Shown here one piece after another: positions 13,923 to 26,248 of a stretch of 64,000 bases of DNA (positions are counted from its first letter, which is position 1; every line of letters begins with the position of its first letter). Source of the stretch: Fistulifera solaris (taxonomy: Eukaryota); contig AP026125.1 of assembly GCA_030295235.1 (NCBI GenBank), positions 1,922,001 through 1,986,000 on the forward strand. Direction: 5' to 3'. The translations under genes were made by a program, and so were the position numbers. Under the pieces are notes generated by a model. It worked only from the letters and a program-made list of their open reading frames with translations. It was not told the origin of the DNA and did no database searches.

Positions 13923-14962
13923 ATGGATATGATGCTGCCCTTAATTTTAATCTCCCTGATGAGCCTGCTGTCTCGAGCAGCGGCTCGTAACCTCGAAGAA
14001 AACTTTTCGGGTTACTCGGTCAAATTTGCTCGATGCTTTAAGGTCAAAATCCCTGATGAGGACCAAGATCAGGAAGGCAATTCTTATTTCTACAACGGCG
14101 CCTATCGCTCTCAATCAAAAGCGTACGCCGCTTTTCACTTATGTTCAGATAACTGCGGGGATTGCGATACCTCCATCGGCTACGTATCGGAGATTAACAA
14201 TTTTTTAGACGCCGGAGTCAATTACGTTCAGCAGTATTGCGACAACTGTCAAGCCCAGTGCCGCAGATTTCTCGAAGAAGGAGGCCAGGGCATGCGAGCG
14301 GACTGTTCGACCTGCTCGAATATTTGCAAGTCGTACCGTAATGGAAACGGCGGCACTGACGAAACACAGTATCTTAACTGTCAGGCTGCTTACGCCGACG
14401 ATAATGGCTTGCAATATTATGCTGGACCTGGATGCAGCGACGACGGTCATGTAGTGATTCGACTTTACTATGACGGTAAGTTTCGTTGACGTTGCATCTT
14501 TCATGGTTAGATGCAAGGAGCTAACACTAGTTTTTCTTCTCATTAGCGGATTGTACCATCCGGGCCAGCGACAGCTCGGAGTTCACGACATCGTTTGCTT
14601 ACAACACATTTCAAGCAGTCGAACAAGTTTGCACCGACTGCGACAATAGCGATGTCTGTGACGAGACTCTGAACTCTTATCAGTGCGTGAATGGCTACAA
14701 CAAGAACGAGAACGTTGACGACAGCTACATGAAAGTCTGCAAGAGTTACAAGCAAGCAATGAAAGAATGGCAATATGCGACAGCCAAGGGAAAGTCGCCA
14801 CTTCGTGGTATTCTTCTCTTTGTGACGTCCATGGCGTGTGCGTTTGTTTTCCTCTCGTACACGTACTATGTTCGTCACAAGAAGGCCGCAATCACGAAGG
14901 AAACTTTGGAGGGTCTCAAGCCAGCCCGATCTGCCGATGGAGACTATGTCGGTATGACTTAA
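13923..14962 (+). CDS. Silicanin-like type I membrane protein
   Basis: Signal peptide then RxL (ARNLEE); YSVKFARC, AFHLCSDNC, internal RRFLEE, YYAGPGC; Cys-rich lumenal part, one C-terminal TM helix and short tail. Intron 14476-14546. Confidence 0.7.
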
Positions 14963-15234
14963 AATTCTTTTGCCTTTCAAAGCTGCATCATGGTGTAACT
15001 TTATAATATGAGACTGTAGATATTTGTTACTTGACTGATGATTCGACTTGCTCGAGATCAGATCATAAAACAATGATTCCGAGCTAGGGACAGCGGCTGC
15101 GCGGAACTTAGCCTTCCCCCTTGTTTGAAGAGTGTTCGCTTTCTGCTATTACTATTGAGTTGATTATTTGAGTACAAGTTAATATAAACGCATATTTAGA
15201 ACGAGCAACCTGCTCAACGATATAAGCGAACTCT

Positions 15235-15657
15235 TTAAGTGAAAGACTCGTCGTTCTCTCGCGGAGCCGAACCAAAAACAGAAGCAAGCGCATCATCTTT
15301 TATCGTCGAAGCCGCTTTAGATATATCATCATGCACGTCATCTCTTCCGCGCACAACATCTCGGACTGCGTAACTCATTTCTTGAAACCAAGTACCGATT
15401 TGTTTCATGATTCCATTTTCGACCGAAGACGGAGGATCACCAATGACCTTGTGCACCGATTTCCCGACTGTCATCAGCGTATCATGAACACCTTCGGAAT
15501 AACCACAATGAGAAGGACCTCCTTCATCCCACTCCTTGTCGATCTCAGCTTCTGATACCATGCTGTGATCTTCGTCTTCTTCCTCTGAGGGCCCGTGGTC
15601 GTCATCCTCGAAATGCACCCCTTCCGAAGGCAATAATGATTCTTTTTTCTGTTCCAT
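15235..15657 (-). CDS. Hypothetical acidic protein
   Basis: 140-aa ATG-initiated ORF with protein-like composition; no recognisable motif. Confidence 0.6.
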   Translation of the reverse strand: MEQKKESLLPSEGVHFEDDDHGPSEEEDEDHSMVSEAEIDKEWDEGGPSHCGYSEGVHDTLMTVGKSVHKVIGDPPSSVENGIMKQIGTWFQEMSYAVRDVVRGRDDVHDDISKAASTIKDDALASVFGSAPRENDESFT

Positions 15658-16274
15658 TCTCGCTCTTCTTTGTATTTAGAAACTAGTGCTGTCGACCAGT
15701 GTTGATACCTTTTTTAGGAGTGCTTCTATTATTAGTAATCAATCGTTTGTTGTCAAAGCACAACGTCTTGACAGGAAAGAAAGGAAATGACATGTGGCAT
15801 GTGGCATGTGGAAGATCGAGTTTCGTCGTCGGTTGGAAATAAGGATAGGGACTACATAGTGGAGACTATCTAAGTAAAAACTGAATTTAACGGTAACGTT
15901 ACATCATTGGTTTAGTTGCTTTCCGTTGGAGGTTCACGTTGTACTTCCAGGGCAGCCACTTTTGCAAGATTTCTGCGCCACGAAATTCCGCCTTAGCCAA
16001 GGCAAGGGCTCTAGCTAGGCTGTAGCGGCTAGGTTCAAGCGCCAAGATCAGCGTTTCATAAAAGAGTCTAGAGCTTGCGATAGACAAAAAAGCATTTCAA
16101 AATTATCCCCGGGATATATTCAATGGTTATCGTAGAATGGGGTCTAGTCTATACGAAATACTCCTGTTCTTCTCCTCTCGTTTTAAAAGATTAAGTTATC
16201 GACAAATATAGTTATAGAAAAGATATCGAGTGATCAACGCGTATCCAGGAAACTTCAAAACAGTGACATGATCT

Positions 16275-19200
16275 TTAGACAGATATCGCATCGGAAAGAG
16301 GGTTGACGTCCTCTTTTTTCTTTTGGTCACTTTCCATCGTAACCTCTCCGGTGTTGGGATCAATGGTAAAGATCGACTTGTTATTGCTCTCTTTGGGCGT
16401 AGACAGGCCCGAATTTTTGAAGGATCTACTGCCAGAAAACTTGCCCATCCTCGGCGACTTAATAGAGTGGCGAGTTCGGAGAGAGTTGAAGAAGCTCGAT
16501 CGGCTATGATCGTCCGAGTCTCGCTCGTTTTGATGTCCAGGATAGACGCTAGGCGGGGAAATAGTCTCCACATCAGAGTCATCACTATCGTGGCGTCTTT
16601 CTGGAACCTTGGACATCTTAGAAGGACTTTCATCTTCAGAACCCTTGCGGAATCTCGAGAATACACCTCTCCATTTCTTACTCGATTTCTTTTTCGAGTC
16701 GATGCTGGATCTACCACCACGTAACTCTTCAATTTCTTTTCGAAGCAAGGTTTCGCCTGCCTCTTTGGTCTTGAGATCATCCTTCAGTGCATTCAACTCG
16801 GTGCGAATCATGTCCCACTCTTCCTTGTTCTTGATTTCGAGCTCCTCGACATCAATCGAATCGATCACCTTTTTCATGGCGTACAACTCATGAGCAGTCA
16901 CACCCTCGGAGTATTTAAGAGCGTCCTCCAAAGTAGACTTGAGTTGGTCGAGATCCGATTTCGTTTTAGTGGCTTGTTCGACGTGAGCAACTTCGACTTT
17001 CAGTTCTTTGAGCGCCACTTTCATATCAGAAAGCTCTTTGAAACTCATTTTATCAAGGCGCGAGCTACGCATGTCTTCAGCTGTGGTGAGCAAGGAACTA
17101 ACAACGCGTTTGTTCATTCCGTTCCATGCCTTGACATTTGCTTGAAGAGAAAGCTTGATTTCATCTAGGTCGTGTTTGATTTTATTTGCAGTATCCTTGC
17201 GTTCCAAGTCTTCTTTGATACTCTCGAGTTCACCTTTATGGGTCGAAAGCTCGTCCGAATTCAATGCATACAACTGTCCCTCGTCAAGTTTCTTCAATGC
17301 CTTCTTGAGGTTCTGCACCTCGGTACGAGTCTTGCCTCCAGCGTTGCGAAGTTCGGCCTCAATAATTCTTTTGAGTTCCAAAAGCTCTTTTCGAGCACTC
17401 TCGCTTTTCTGTCTCTCCTTGATGTCGCTCCTCAAAGACTTCAGCTCCTTTCGGATCATTAAAAGTTCCGAGCTAGAGCAATTATTTTCTAATGCATCTG
17501 CAATTCTGGCAAGTGACTTGGCATTCGCCGAAAGCTGAGTTCGAGCTTCTCCGGTGGCGTATTCGAGATTAGCATTCACAATTGCATTGAGTTCGGCGAT
17601 GTCATCCTTTGTCTTTCGAAGAAGGTCGCTTTCTTGCAACTCTTTCTTCACACGCTCCAGCTCTTTCTTAAGCTTCGAGAGCTGAGATGCTGTTTTCGTC
17701 TGGAGCTCATCCATACGCATGTTCTCCACGGCTTTGTGTAAAGCAGCAACTTCGGCCTGCGTTTTCCCTTCCGTAGTTTTCAACTCAACCTCAATCGTCT
17801 TCTTCAATTGTTCCAACTCGGCTCGCGTTTTGTTCAAATCCTCTTTGTCTTTGAGTTCGGCTCGAAGCATTTCCACCTCGTCTTTCAACATGTTGATCTC
17901 GTCCTTTGTGCGTGTATTCGTCGCGGCATTTCGAAGCTCTTCCATCGTACGCTGCATTGTGCGAAGCTCGGTCGTATTCTTCTTGTCGGCTTGTTTCATG
18001 CTTCGCTCCAACTCTTCGCGAAGAACATTAATCTGGTCTTGCGCATCACGTCGAGATTTCTCCAGGAGCATGAAGTTAAGCTTTTTGACATCATTCTTCA
18101 AGAACTCTAGCTCGCCAGGTGTAGAACTGAGAACAGCTTCCGTTGCTTTGTCGAGGTCAGCTCGTAGAGCGAGTTCTGTTTCCTTTGCCTTCTTCAACAT
18201 CGCTAGGGCTTCGTCTCTCTCTTCCTCAAGTTCTTCCAGCTTCGTCTGCATTTCAAGATCACCCATTAGTTTATTGTCCGCCATATCCGAGATCGCGTCC
18301 TTGTTCATGGCTTCTTCAGCCGAGCGATCCTTAAGCATTTTGACCTCCGACTGCTTGCGCAATAGTTCCATCTCCATCTCATCCTTCATTTTCTCTAGTG
18401 CCGCCAACTTGGACTCGGCATTTTCTAAAGCCAATGTCTTTGCCTCCAATTGAGTTTTCAAAGATGCAACTTCTTTCTCGGCGGCTGCCCCGGCTGCCGC
18501 AACTACCTTGCTACTCTTGGCCTTGGTCTTCTTGACAAAAATCTCCAAAATTTTACCGCGCACTTTACTTTCAGCTCGGAGTGCACAGTCAACCGGCAAG
18601 CGTCCATCTTTTCCCTTTGCATTGACGGACTCAGGGAACTGCATCAACAAATAGGCGACCACATCATCCGACGCGTTGTGTCGCAACGCCAAGTGAATAG
18701 GAAGCATGTGCTGATCATCGGTGCAGCGAACAGCTTGCGGGTAAAGTTCAATGAGACGACCGATTACAGAAAAGGGAGCATCGCATACAATTGCCAAATG
18801 GAGTGGAAGTTGACTCCATAGCACTTTCTGATCGTCATCGGGCGCAAACCTGGTCACCCATGTCTTCGCCTGCTCTGCTGGAGTAATAGGATCGACGATG
18901 TTTTCTCCATAGATACCGGAATTGGGCCAAACACCGGAATCAAGGAATGTGATGATGGGTCCCCAACTGTCTTCAGTAGTGGCCTCCTCAATCGATTTGT
19001 ATAAACGAGTACATTTCTTTACGTAGTCCACTTCATTAGGCGCTGCTGCAGGAGCCGGCTCACGTTGCGCATCATCACTCGCAGCGGAAGATTCGTGCGC
19101 TTGGGCAACGTCCCGACCCGTGTTCGGCACAGGAGCAGGAGCGTTATCGGAAATCTTCGTTGCTTGAACAGCAGCAGCAACTTCCGCTGATTGATCCGGC

Positions 19201-19292
19201 TTTTCCGCGGGCCGCGGGTCTAACAAGTTCCAAATCATGGTCGGTTTTAGACTCTTCGAAGCTATCTCGTGAGTTATGGAGGGGCATATCAT
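16275..19292 (-). CDS. Ankyrin-like repeat + long coiled-coil protein with 72-aa repeats
   Basis: Uninterrupted 1005-aa ORF. QAKTWV...WSQLPLHLAI...YPQAVRCTDDQHMLPIHLAL, then a K/E/L-rich helical region. Start may be 19238. Confidence 0.85.
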   Translation of the reverse strand: MICPSITHEIASKSLKPTMIWNLLDPRPAEKPDQSAEVAAAVQATKISDNAPAPVPNTGRDVAQAHESSAASDDAQREPAPAAAPNEVDYVKKCTRLYKSIEEATTEDSWGPIITFLDSGVWPNSGIYGENIVDPITPAEQAKTWVTRFAPDDDQKVLWSQLPLHLAIVCDAPFSVIGRLIELYPQAVRCTDDQHMLPIHLALRHNASDDVVAYLLMQFPESVNAKGKDGRLPVDCALRAESKVRGKILEIFVKKTKAKSSKVVAAAGAAAEKEVASLKTQLEAKTLALENAESKLAALEKMKDEMEMELLRKQSEVKMLKDRSAEEAMNKDAISDMADNKLMGDLEMQTKLEELEEERDEALAMLKKAKETELALRADLDKATEAVLSSTPGELEFLKNDVKKLNFMLLEKSRRDAQDQINVLREELERSMKQADKKNTTELRTMQRTMEELRNAATNTRTKDEINMLKDEVEMLRAELKDKEDLNKTRAELEQLKKTIEVELKTTEGKTQAEVAALHKAVENMRMDELQTKTASQLSKLKKELERVKKELQESDLLRKTKDDIAELNAIVNANLEYATGEARTQLSANAKSLARIADALENNCSSSELLMIRKELKSLRSDIKERQKSESARKELLELKRIIEAELRNAGGKTRTEVQNLKKALKKLDEGQLYALNSDELSTHKGELESIKEDLERKDTANKIKHDLDEIKLSLQANVKAWNGMNKRVVSSLLTTAEDMRSSRLDKMSFKELSDMKVALKELKVEVAHVEQATKTKSDLDQLKSTLEDALKYSEGVTAHELYAMKKVIDSIDVEELEIKNKEEWDMIRTELNALKDDLKTKEAGETLLRKEIEELRGGRSSIDSKKKSSKKWRGVFSRFRKGSEDESPSKMSKVPERRHDSDDSDVETISPPSVYPGHQNERDSDDHSRSSFFNSLRTRHSIKSPRMGKFSGSRSFKNSGLSTPKESNNKSIFTIDPNTGEVTMESDQKKKEDVNPLSDAISV

Positions 19293-20484
19293 GTGCTAAA
19301 TTCGCAGCTCGCGGCGATGTTTTTGTTTTCTTTCGGCGAATACCATCACGCCTAATTAGACGAGAAAATCAATACCGGATGTAATTTTAGCGGGGAAGAT
19401 CTCGCAAATCTCCTAAGTAGCAGTAATTCAAAAATGAAAAGTACAGTCATTTAGAGTCATCAACGGAGCAAATAACGGGTCTGAAACTTTTCATTATTCT
19501 TCAAATACTGTTACTTAGGAATCGGATTTTTCTGAATAAAGGTACTTAGGTTTTGTTTGACACGAGAATCCAACATCTGATTCCATTCATTTGTTTTGAC
19601 AGAAAAAGTAGCGGCGAGGGCTCCGTTCCTTGCCACTGAGAAGAACGATGCTATCCCTTTCAAAATATGACGTTGACAGTGGATTCTATCAATTAACCTG
19701 TATAGATCTTTATGGTGTCGACGGACTAAATGGACGTGAATCAAATCTGAGCGAAGAAAGAGAGGTCGTATGTCGTATCGAGAAGTCATTTGACTGGCGA
19801 CGAACGAAGCACAACTCTTTGTAAACAGTTGGGATCACTTTTCGAAAACGCAAGCAACCGAACATACAAAAATTGCCGTGCGCCTTTCGAGAGCACACAA
19901 AATGCCTATCAATTGTATCATGGAAATTCTTGTTACCGAATGAATGTCCTTCGTAACACCGATTATTTGTTCGAAAGAGCAAATAGACTAGTCTCACAAA
20001 AAAGGAGTATTTGACTATTTCGAAAATGTACGTCGGTGTTTGGATCAAAGACGTCAGAGTGGCGCCGACCTTCAACGCGACCTGGATCGTATCAGTAGCG
20101 GGTCAACACTAGTTAATGTAATTAGTTAAGTGTATCACGCATAATTTTTTTTACAGTCATTGGGCTAATTTCAGTCTGTTATTATCCAATGATATCGTTT
20201 ATTGATAATAATGTTGATTCCCTTCATTGGTCTGTGACGTTGCTTCGACCACCTAGTAAGGTTAGGCTAGATAGATGATGTAGACCCTTTGGCCACTCGT
20301 TACTGAATAATTCTGTCGTGGTTGCGAGTTTTCGATTGTGCGACTTTAGTTCGCACGCTTGCGACCACTCGTCATGACGATGATTATTTATTGTATTTGT
20401 TGTTGTCGAGCCTAGTTTCACGCCATACATCAAATCCTTACTTTATGTGCAGCTCAGTTTTACTCATTCAAACAAGTCGGTGAC

Positions 20485-21486
20485 ATGTCGGATGAAATTG
20501 AAGCTCGACACAAGAAAGAGCTTAAAGCGCTCGACACGGAGAAGCGAGCGGCAATCAAAAAAGGTCAAAGGAACTGCTGGAAAAGGGAAAAAGGCAAAGG
20601 AGCTTCTTGCCGAGTAAGTTAAATACAATTGTGATCGCTGCGTGCTTATTCTGCAAGCTATTCACTTAAAAAATTTTCAAATTGTGTTTTTTGGGAATAC
20701 TATAGGACGGAAGCAGAATTCGACGCCAAGTTAAAAGCTCTCGAGGAGAAACACGCCGCGGAACTCAGCTCCCTTGGATGCGACGACAAGGAGGAATCCC
20801 CAGCAGCTGAGGTACCTGCGGAGACAGAAATGTCGGAGGATGAGAAGCGAAGGCTAGAGAAGCAAGAAAAGGCTCGTAGGAAACGAGAAAAATTAAAAGA
20901 AAAAGAGTTGGAGCGCGAACGGCAAATCGAAGAAGAAAATGCCAACGCAGGACCATCGCCGAGAGATGTCGAGAATGAAATGATCCAGCAGTATCTGGAT
21001 CCTCTGGGTCTCACGATGAAAGAAATTACCGCAGACGGACATTGCTTGTATCGGGCTGTGGGCGCAAGCTGCAACTTGGAGTACTCGGCCGTTCGTAAGT
21101 CCCGACTTGTTGTATTTGAACTCTTCAAAGGCAACGTCTTACAAACGTTTTCATAATTCACAGGTGGTATTTGTGCGGATACATTAACCCAGCACGAAGA
21201 CGATTTCGGTCCGTTTTGTGAGTTTTCGGACTTAATACCAGATTTTGTCTCGTATGTGAGAAGCGTCCGATCATCCGCTGATTGGGGTGGTCATCTTGAA
21301 CTTAGAGCGCTTTCTATGGCACTGAAGCGTCCGATCTGGGTTCATTCAGCAACGAACTCAAAAAATCCACTGGTTGTGCATGCGGACGGTGTAAGCGAAG
21401 ATGATAATCCGATCCGAGTTTCTTATCATCAACATTACTATGCTTTGGGCGAGCACTACAATCTCGTCGTTCAAAAGGAACTATGA
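20485..21486 (+). CDS. OTU-domain deubiquitinase (OTUD6/Otu2-like)
   Basis: ITADGHCLYRAV, WGGHLELRALS, YHQHYYALGEHYN. Introns 20614-20705 and 21095-21163. Confidence 0.9.
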
Positions 21487-22044
21487 GCTGGAGTCACTAT
21501 TAGATAGATATTTGCATTATATAGCCATAGTTCGCATGGTGACTCGATGGTTCCAAACTATTCGACGTTCATGAAGATCAGGATCACCTCATAATCATGT
21601 CCTTAGCCTTAAATTGGGCTATACAGCATTGCCAAGCAAGTGCTTCTAAAATATGAGAAGATTGAATCATCTCTGCATTAATTAGACTAAGGACTTGGAC
21701 GGCTTCTGTAGTCGAAAAGTACTCTCTCAAGACCTCCGGATGATCTTGTTATAGGGCTCGCTATGTTTTCCGTTGTTAAAAGACGTTGAAGATAATCCGG
21801 TACTACAATCCTTAAATCATAGAACTTGTTATCTAAGTATTGGTATTGCGCGATCTGTTTCGTCGACGAAGGGTCTAAGTATTTTATTAGACCGGTATTA
21901 GACCGTTAATTTTGCTAATCAATCCTCCACCCGCGACTCGCCAGTACTGTACGGATTTTGCCCCAAACTTACTTTTCATCGTCATCTTTTGTTGAAGGAA
22001 CAAAATCTCATGCAGAAAAGACTATAAACAAACTGACAATAACC

Positions 22045-24143
22045 ATGGTTCTCGCTTGCGGAGGTTGTGATCCCTTCTTGATGTTGGCGGAGGACCCCGA
22101 GGATGACCTAGTCGCGGCCAAGAAGAACAACGATGCCGGAACATCTGTGTTGTCAAACATGGAGGTTGTGGCCACTGAGTCTATGATGGACAGAAACAAA
22201 ACCAGAAGCCCGGGTCTCGAATCAATCCCAGAAGCTTTGACCGAAAGAAGTGACACTGAAGAAAGGGAAGCTGGAGAGGAAGGATTGAGTGAAACATCAA
22301 AGGTAGCCGAACTCACTGAACGCGTCGTCGACGTCGACGGCAACCCAGCAAATAACATAGACCAGGAAAAGGCCGCCCAGAAAGATGAAGGCGAAGCACC
22401 TACCCCAGAAAAACTCCGGGCACCGTCACCTCCTCCAAAGATCACACTTTCAGCAAGGGTTATGCAAACTAACGAACAAGATTACAACAAGGATCCTACG
22501 GAACTCTATTTGATGCTTCAGCGTAGAGACTGGCAACAAGCTATTGAGTTACTTGGGAATGACGCCCAGCAGGCTGCAACTTGGGTGTCTCGAAAGGAAT
22601 CTGACGGGGGCTTCTATGGCGGCTTCTTCCTATTCACGCCGCTATCATCTTTAGTGCACCCGAATCTGTTGTAGAAGCGGTTCTTAAAGCCTTCCCAGAA
22701 GGCGCCCAGCACAAAGAAGACCAAGGAATGCTTCCCCTTCATTTGGCATTCAGAATGGGTTCCACCGAAAACGTGGTTGCTTTGTTGTTAAACGCTTTTC
22801 CGGATTCCGTCAACGTCACTGACCGCAAGGGTCGAACAGCGCTCGAACTAGCAGAATCATCCAGTGGTCCTAATAAGTCTGGTTTCCTACGCGCGTTGAG
22901 GAAGGGACCGAACGTGGATATGTTTGGCGTTAGCTTTAAACCCATCGGCATCCAGCTAGTGGAAATGCAAGAAGAATACGAGAGAAAGATTGAACAGTTG
23001 AGAAAGGAAGCCAACGACAAGCAAAGTTCTCAGCATCAAGAAATATTGACCTTACAGAAAGCTCTTGTCAGAAAGCAAGAGACATCCCAGGCTCTTGTCG
23101 ATCACATCGCTTCGCTGGAGGCAAAGCTCGCAGAGCTTACCGATCCAAATCGTAAAGGACTCGACATCAATTTGGAAATCCTTCTCTCGAATGGATTGGG
23201 AGCTGACGAGATTGAGAGAATGTACAAAGATGAGTTCGCGATTCTCGAGGCACGAAGTCGCTTTCTTGAAAGTAAAGCCGCTGAAACTAAGCACGATAAA
23301 GAGAAGGCTACGGATGCATTGAAGCAAACTCTCAAGATTTTCGAAACGAGAAAAGCGGAGTGGAATGCCGAGAAGAAACTCTACCAAGACAAGCTGAATG
23401 TTGTGGAAGAAGACTGCAACCGATTGAAGGACCATGTTAGTACTTTAGAGGAGCAAATCAAAAAGCGCAGCATTTCAGAAAAAGCCTTGGCAGCTCAAAT
23501 CAGCGTGCTTGCCGAGCAGCTTAGCGCTACAACTTCAGACTCTAGCAGCTCCACGGAAGCTTTTTCCACCCGGATCCGAGTGCTAGAAGCCGAACGTGAA
23601 AATCTTCGATTCTCTGTCAACAAGCTCACCAAAAAGCTGTATTTTGTCGCCAGTCTCATCGACTCTGTCAGTAAAGATCAGATCGCGATCGTAGAACAGG
23701 CACTTCAAAACGAAAGTAAAGCATCCGCATCTGCTAGTACCCAAGAAAAGATGATGTTGGAGGTCAAAGAACATTCGGAGTTAGTTCAAGATGCCAAAAA
23801 TTTGGGCGATGAAATCAAGGAGCTGTTGATGAAGCACGCGCAACAAATGGAGAAAACATACGAAGCCAGAAAGTCAGTTGTCGAAGTGATTGAGGAACAG
23901 TCACGACAGTTGACATCAGCGGAAGAGCGCCGAGAGGAGCTTATCAAAGGCATGAATGGTTTTAAGAACCAGATGTTGGAGGTTCTGGACTCTGTGTACG
24001 ACGAGCTTCCAAAAGAAGTTCCGGAGGAGCACAATCTTGTCGACATGGTTTTAGAGAAGATGATTTCCTTCAAAGAGGAAGAAACGCCTGTGCCCGAAGA
24101 TGGTGTTATCATTGTGGAGGAAGAAAAGAAATGTGAAGAATGA
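22045..24143 (+). CDS. Ankyrin-like repeat + coiled-coil protein
   Basis: QAATWVSRKE...WRLLPIHAAI (after a frameshift at ~22606)...GMLPLHLAF, DRKGRTALELA, then coiled coil. Confidence 0.8.
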
Positions 24144-24331
24144 GAAAAGTCCCGTATTTTGTTATCATACATCAAAGTAAATTAAAAACGAAGAACTTTC
24201 AAGTCGTCTTGCTAGATGTAAACTGAGTTGATTGTCGAGCATCCGTCGAAAGCAACGCAAGCTTGTCCCGAATCTAGTAATCTTTAGTAGTGACCTTTAG
24301 CCTTGAAATCCCAGCTTTCCTTTAAGACGTA

Positions 24332-24806
24332 TCATTTTTTCTTTTCCTGAGTACGCCATGCTTCTACCAGACGAGCTGTTCCTGTTAGCACCATATAAAC
24401 CGAAAGAGCTCCAGCCAGAAGCTTGATGGTCGGTATTAATGATGACACTACGCATCGTCCGATTTCGAGCGATCCGTCCACGGAATGCTTTACAATTTTC
24501 TCCCATCTTTCGCTCAGTTTCTCGCTCATTGCAAAGACAAATACATGTTGTACTTTGACGGCATCACTTCCATCGCCGGTCAACCCAAGCTCGCGCATCA
24601 GTTGCGCATGTTCCGACGGCATGCTACCTTTCGAAGTCGCGAGTCAGCAGTAAAGTCAATGAGGTAGGGAAGTCGTTCACGGCGTTGCGATCCTTTCACG
24701 ACCAGTGGTTGATGAAGATCTCTACTCGCTGATATTCAGTGTCTCCTTCGTAGATCAGGAAGAATTGGTAAATCTTTGGAAGGTTACCTGGTATTGTTTC
24801 CACCAT
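24332..24806 (-). CDS. Small hypothetical protein with C-terminal hydrophobic helix (interrupted)
   Basis: ORF 24332-24622 ending KLLAGALSVYMVLTG...KKK. An upstream ATG at 24806 joins only with frameshifts or an intron. Confidence 0.4.
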
Positions 24807-24869
24807 TATTATCGAGACGCAGTTTCTTGCAATGCGATGAAAACAAGGATGAAAATCGTCCGTGGCTTA

Positions 24870-24897
24870 TCTCATGACTGAATATTCAGTCATGAGA
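24870..24897. repeat. Perfect 28-bp palindrome
   Basis: TCTCATGACTGAATATTCAGTCATGAGA equals its own reverse complement. Confidence 0.95.
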
Positions 24898-25223
24898 CCT
24901 CATTGTGACATCTTTTTCAATGTTGCCTATGCCCTATGCGATCATTTGATCCGATGCAGCCGCACATGCAATGATCTTGTCCATATCTAACTATGTTGGT
25001 ACTTTCACTTGACACAAGACCTCTCCCAATGTGATCGGGGTTGATGGTATGACGTGAAGATGCTTCTGCTAAAAAGATCCTGTAGCCTTAGTTCTGTTCT
25101 ATTCCTAACCTCTCTCTACGTATCGATCTGAAAGATTTGTGTAAAAATTATTATTGTAATATCTACAATAGCTAATGAGATTGTCATGCAAGATGACAAA
25201 TCCTACTGGTAGGTGTCGAATCG

Positions 25224-26248
25224 TCACCATTGATTGGGATTCACTCGAATGGTCATTTCACCTTCTTTCATGCCGTAACCGACAATAGCTTTGCACGCTA
25301 ACCGCCATCGAGGAGAGTCAGCCAGCATCTGCTTTTCCGATAAACGTTGCGGATTCAAAAGATCCATGCCACTCTGTACAACAACGCTACATGTTCGACA
25401 GAGGCCTGCTCGTACAGACTCGTGAGCAACGAAAACGTCCAGCGCAACCACAAATCAAAGAAAAACTCACCGCCGGCACCACAATTTCCAGAATTTTTCG
25501 TATCGAAACGTTTCGCAAGCGGATCATTGAGCTTGATACCGCGTACTAACATGCCCTGTCGCAAGTTTTCTCCGGCAAAGAGCTCCAATGTGACATCTTC
25601 TTCCTTTTGACTAGGAGGATAAAGCAGTCGAACCGATATTTTCGGTTTCCGTCTGATGCGTTTTACTTTCAGTACCCAAGTATCCTCAAACTCATCTGCG
25701 TTTGCGGAAGGTAGGCTTGATATAGCCTCTACCGTGGCCTCGTAATCCAGACACTCTGTCGCAACCGTGTATTCTTTGACCACTGATTTTCCCTCTGAAA
25801 GCTTTTTCGCGGTTCGCACCAATCCAACAAAAGCTAAAGAGTCGCCGTAGAGAATAGATGCACCTTCGGCCGATGCAGCAGCTCCAGACACTTCCGAGAC
25901 GATGGTAATGCCCAGTCCATCACCTCTTCCTCCGGCGAGTTCGACTAATGAAAGGCCCAGTCCTTCCTCTAGATTCCGTGGGAAATTGATTGTGAGGCTG
26001 TCAATAAAATATTCCGGTGACTGGCACGCGAGAGCCACTTTCGCTGTGTTTTCGTTAGCTTTTTGTACGAAATTGGCTTTCCATTCTCCCATTATTTCAT
26101 CGGGTGGGATATTATATACATCCATATTGACAGAAGTCGGACCAGCGCCTTGTAGTATTTGAGTCGCTACGTTCTTCGTAGTTCCTCCAAATGGTGAAGA
26201 CAAAGGCTGCACGGGTTGCAGCAGTAACAAAGAAATCATCGCTCGCAT
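25224..26248 (-). CDS. 2Fe-2S ferredoxin-domain protein with PDZ-like middle part, probably plastid-targeted
   Basis: Splicing out intron 25406-25470 yields NCGAGGLCRTC...WRLAC. GLGLSL motif; N-terminal signal peptide. Confidence 0.8.

Noticed and set aside
19430..20100. Short ORF fragments in a 1.2-kb intergenic region
   Set aside because: No recognisable motif or coherent frame; could be a decayed gene, but unsupported.
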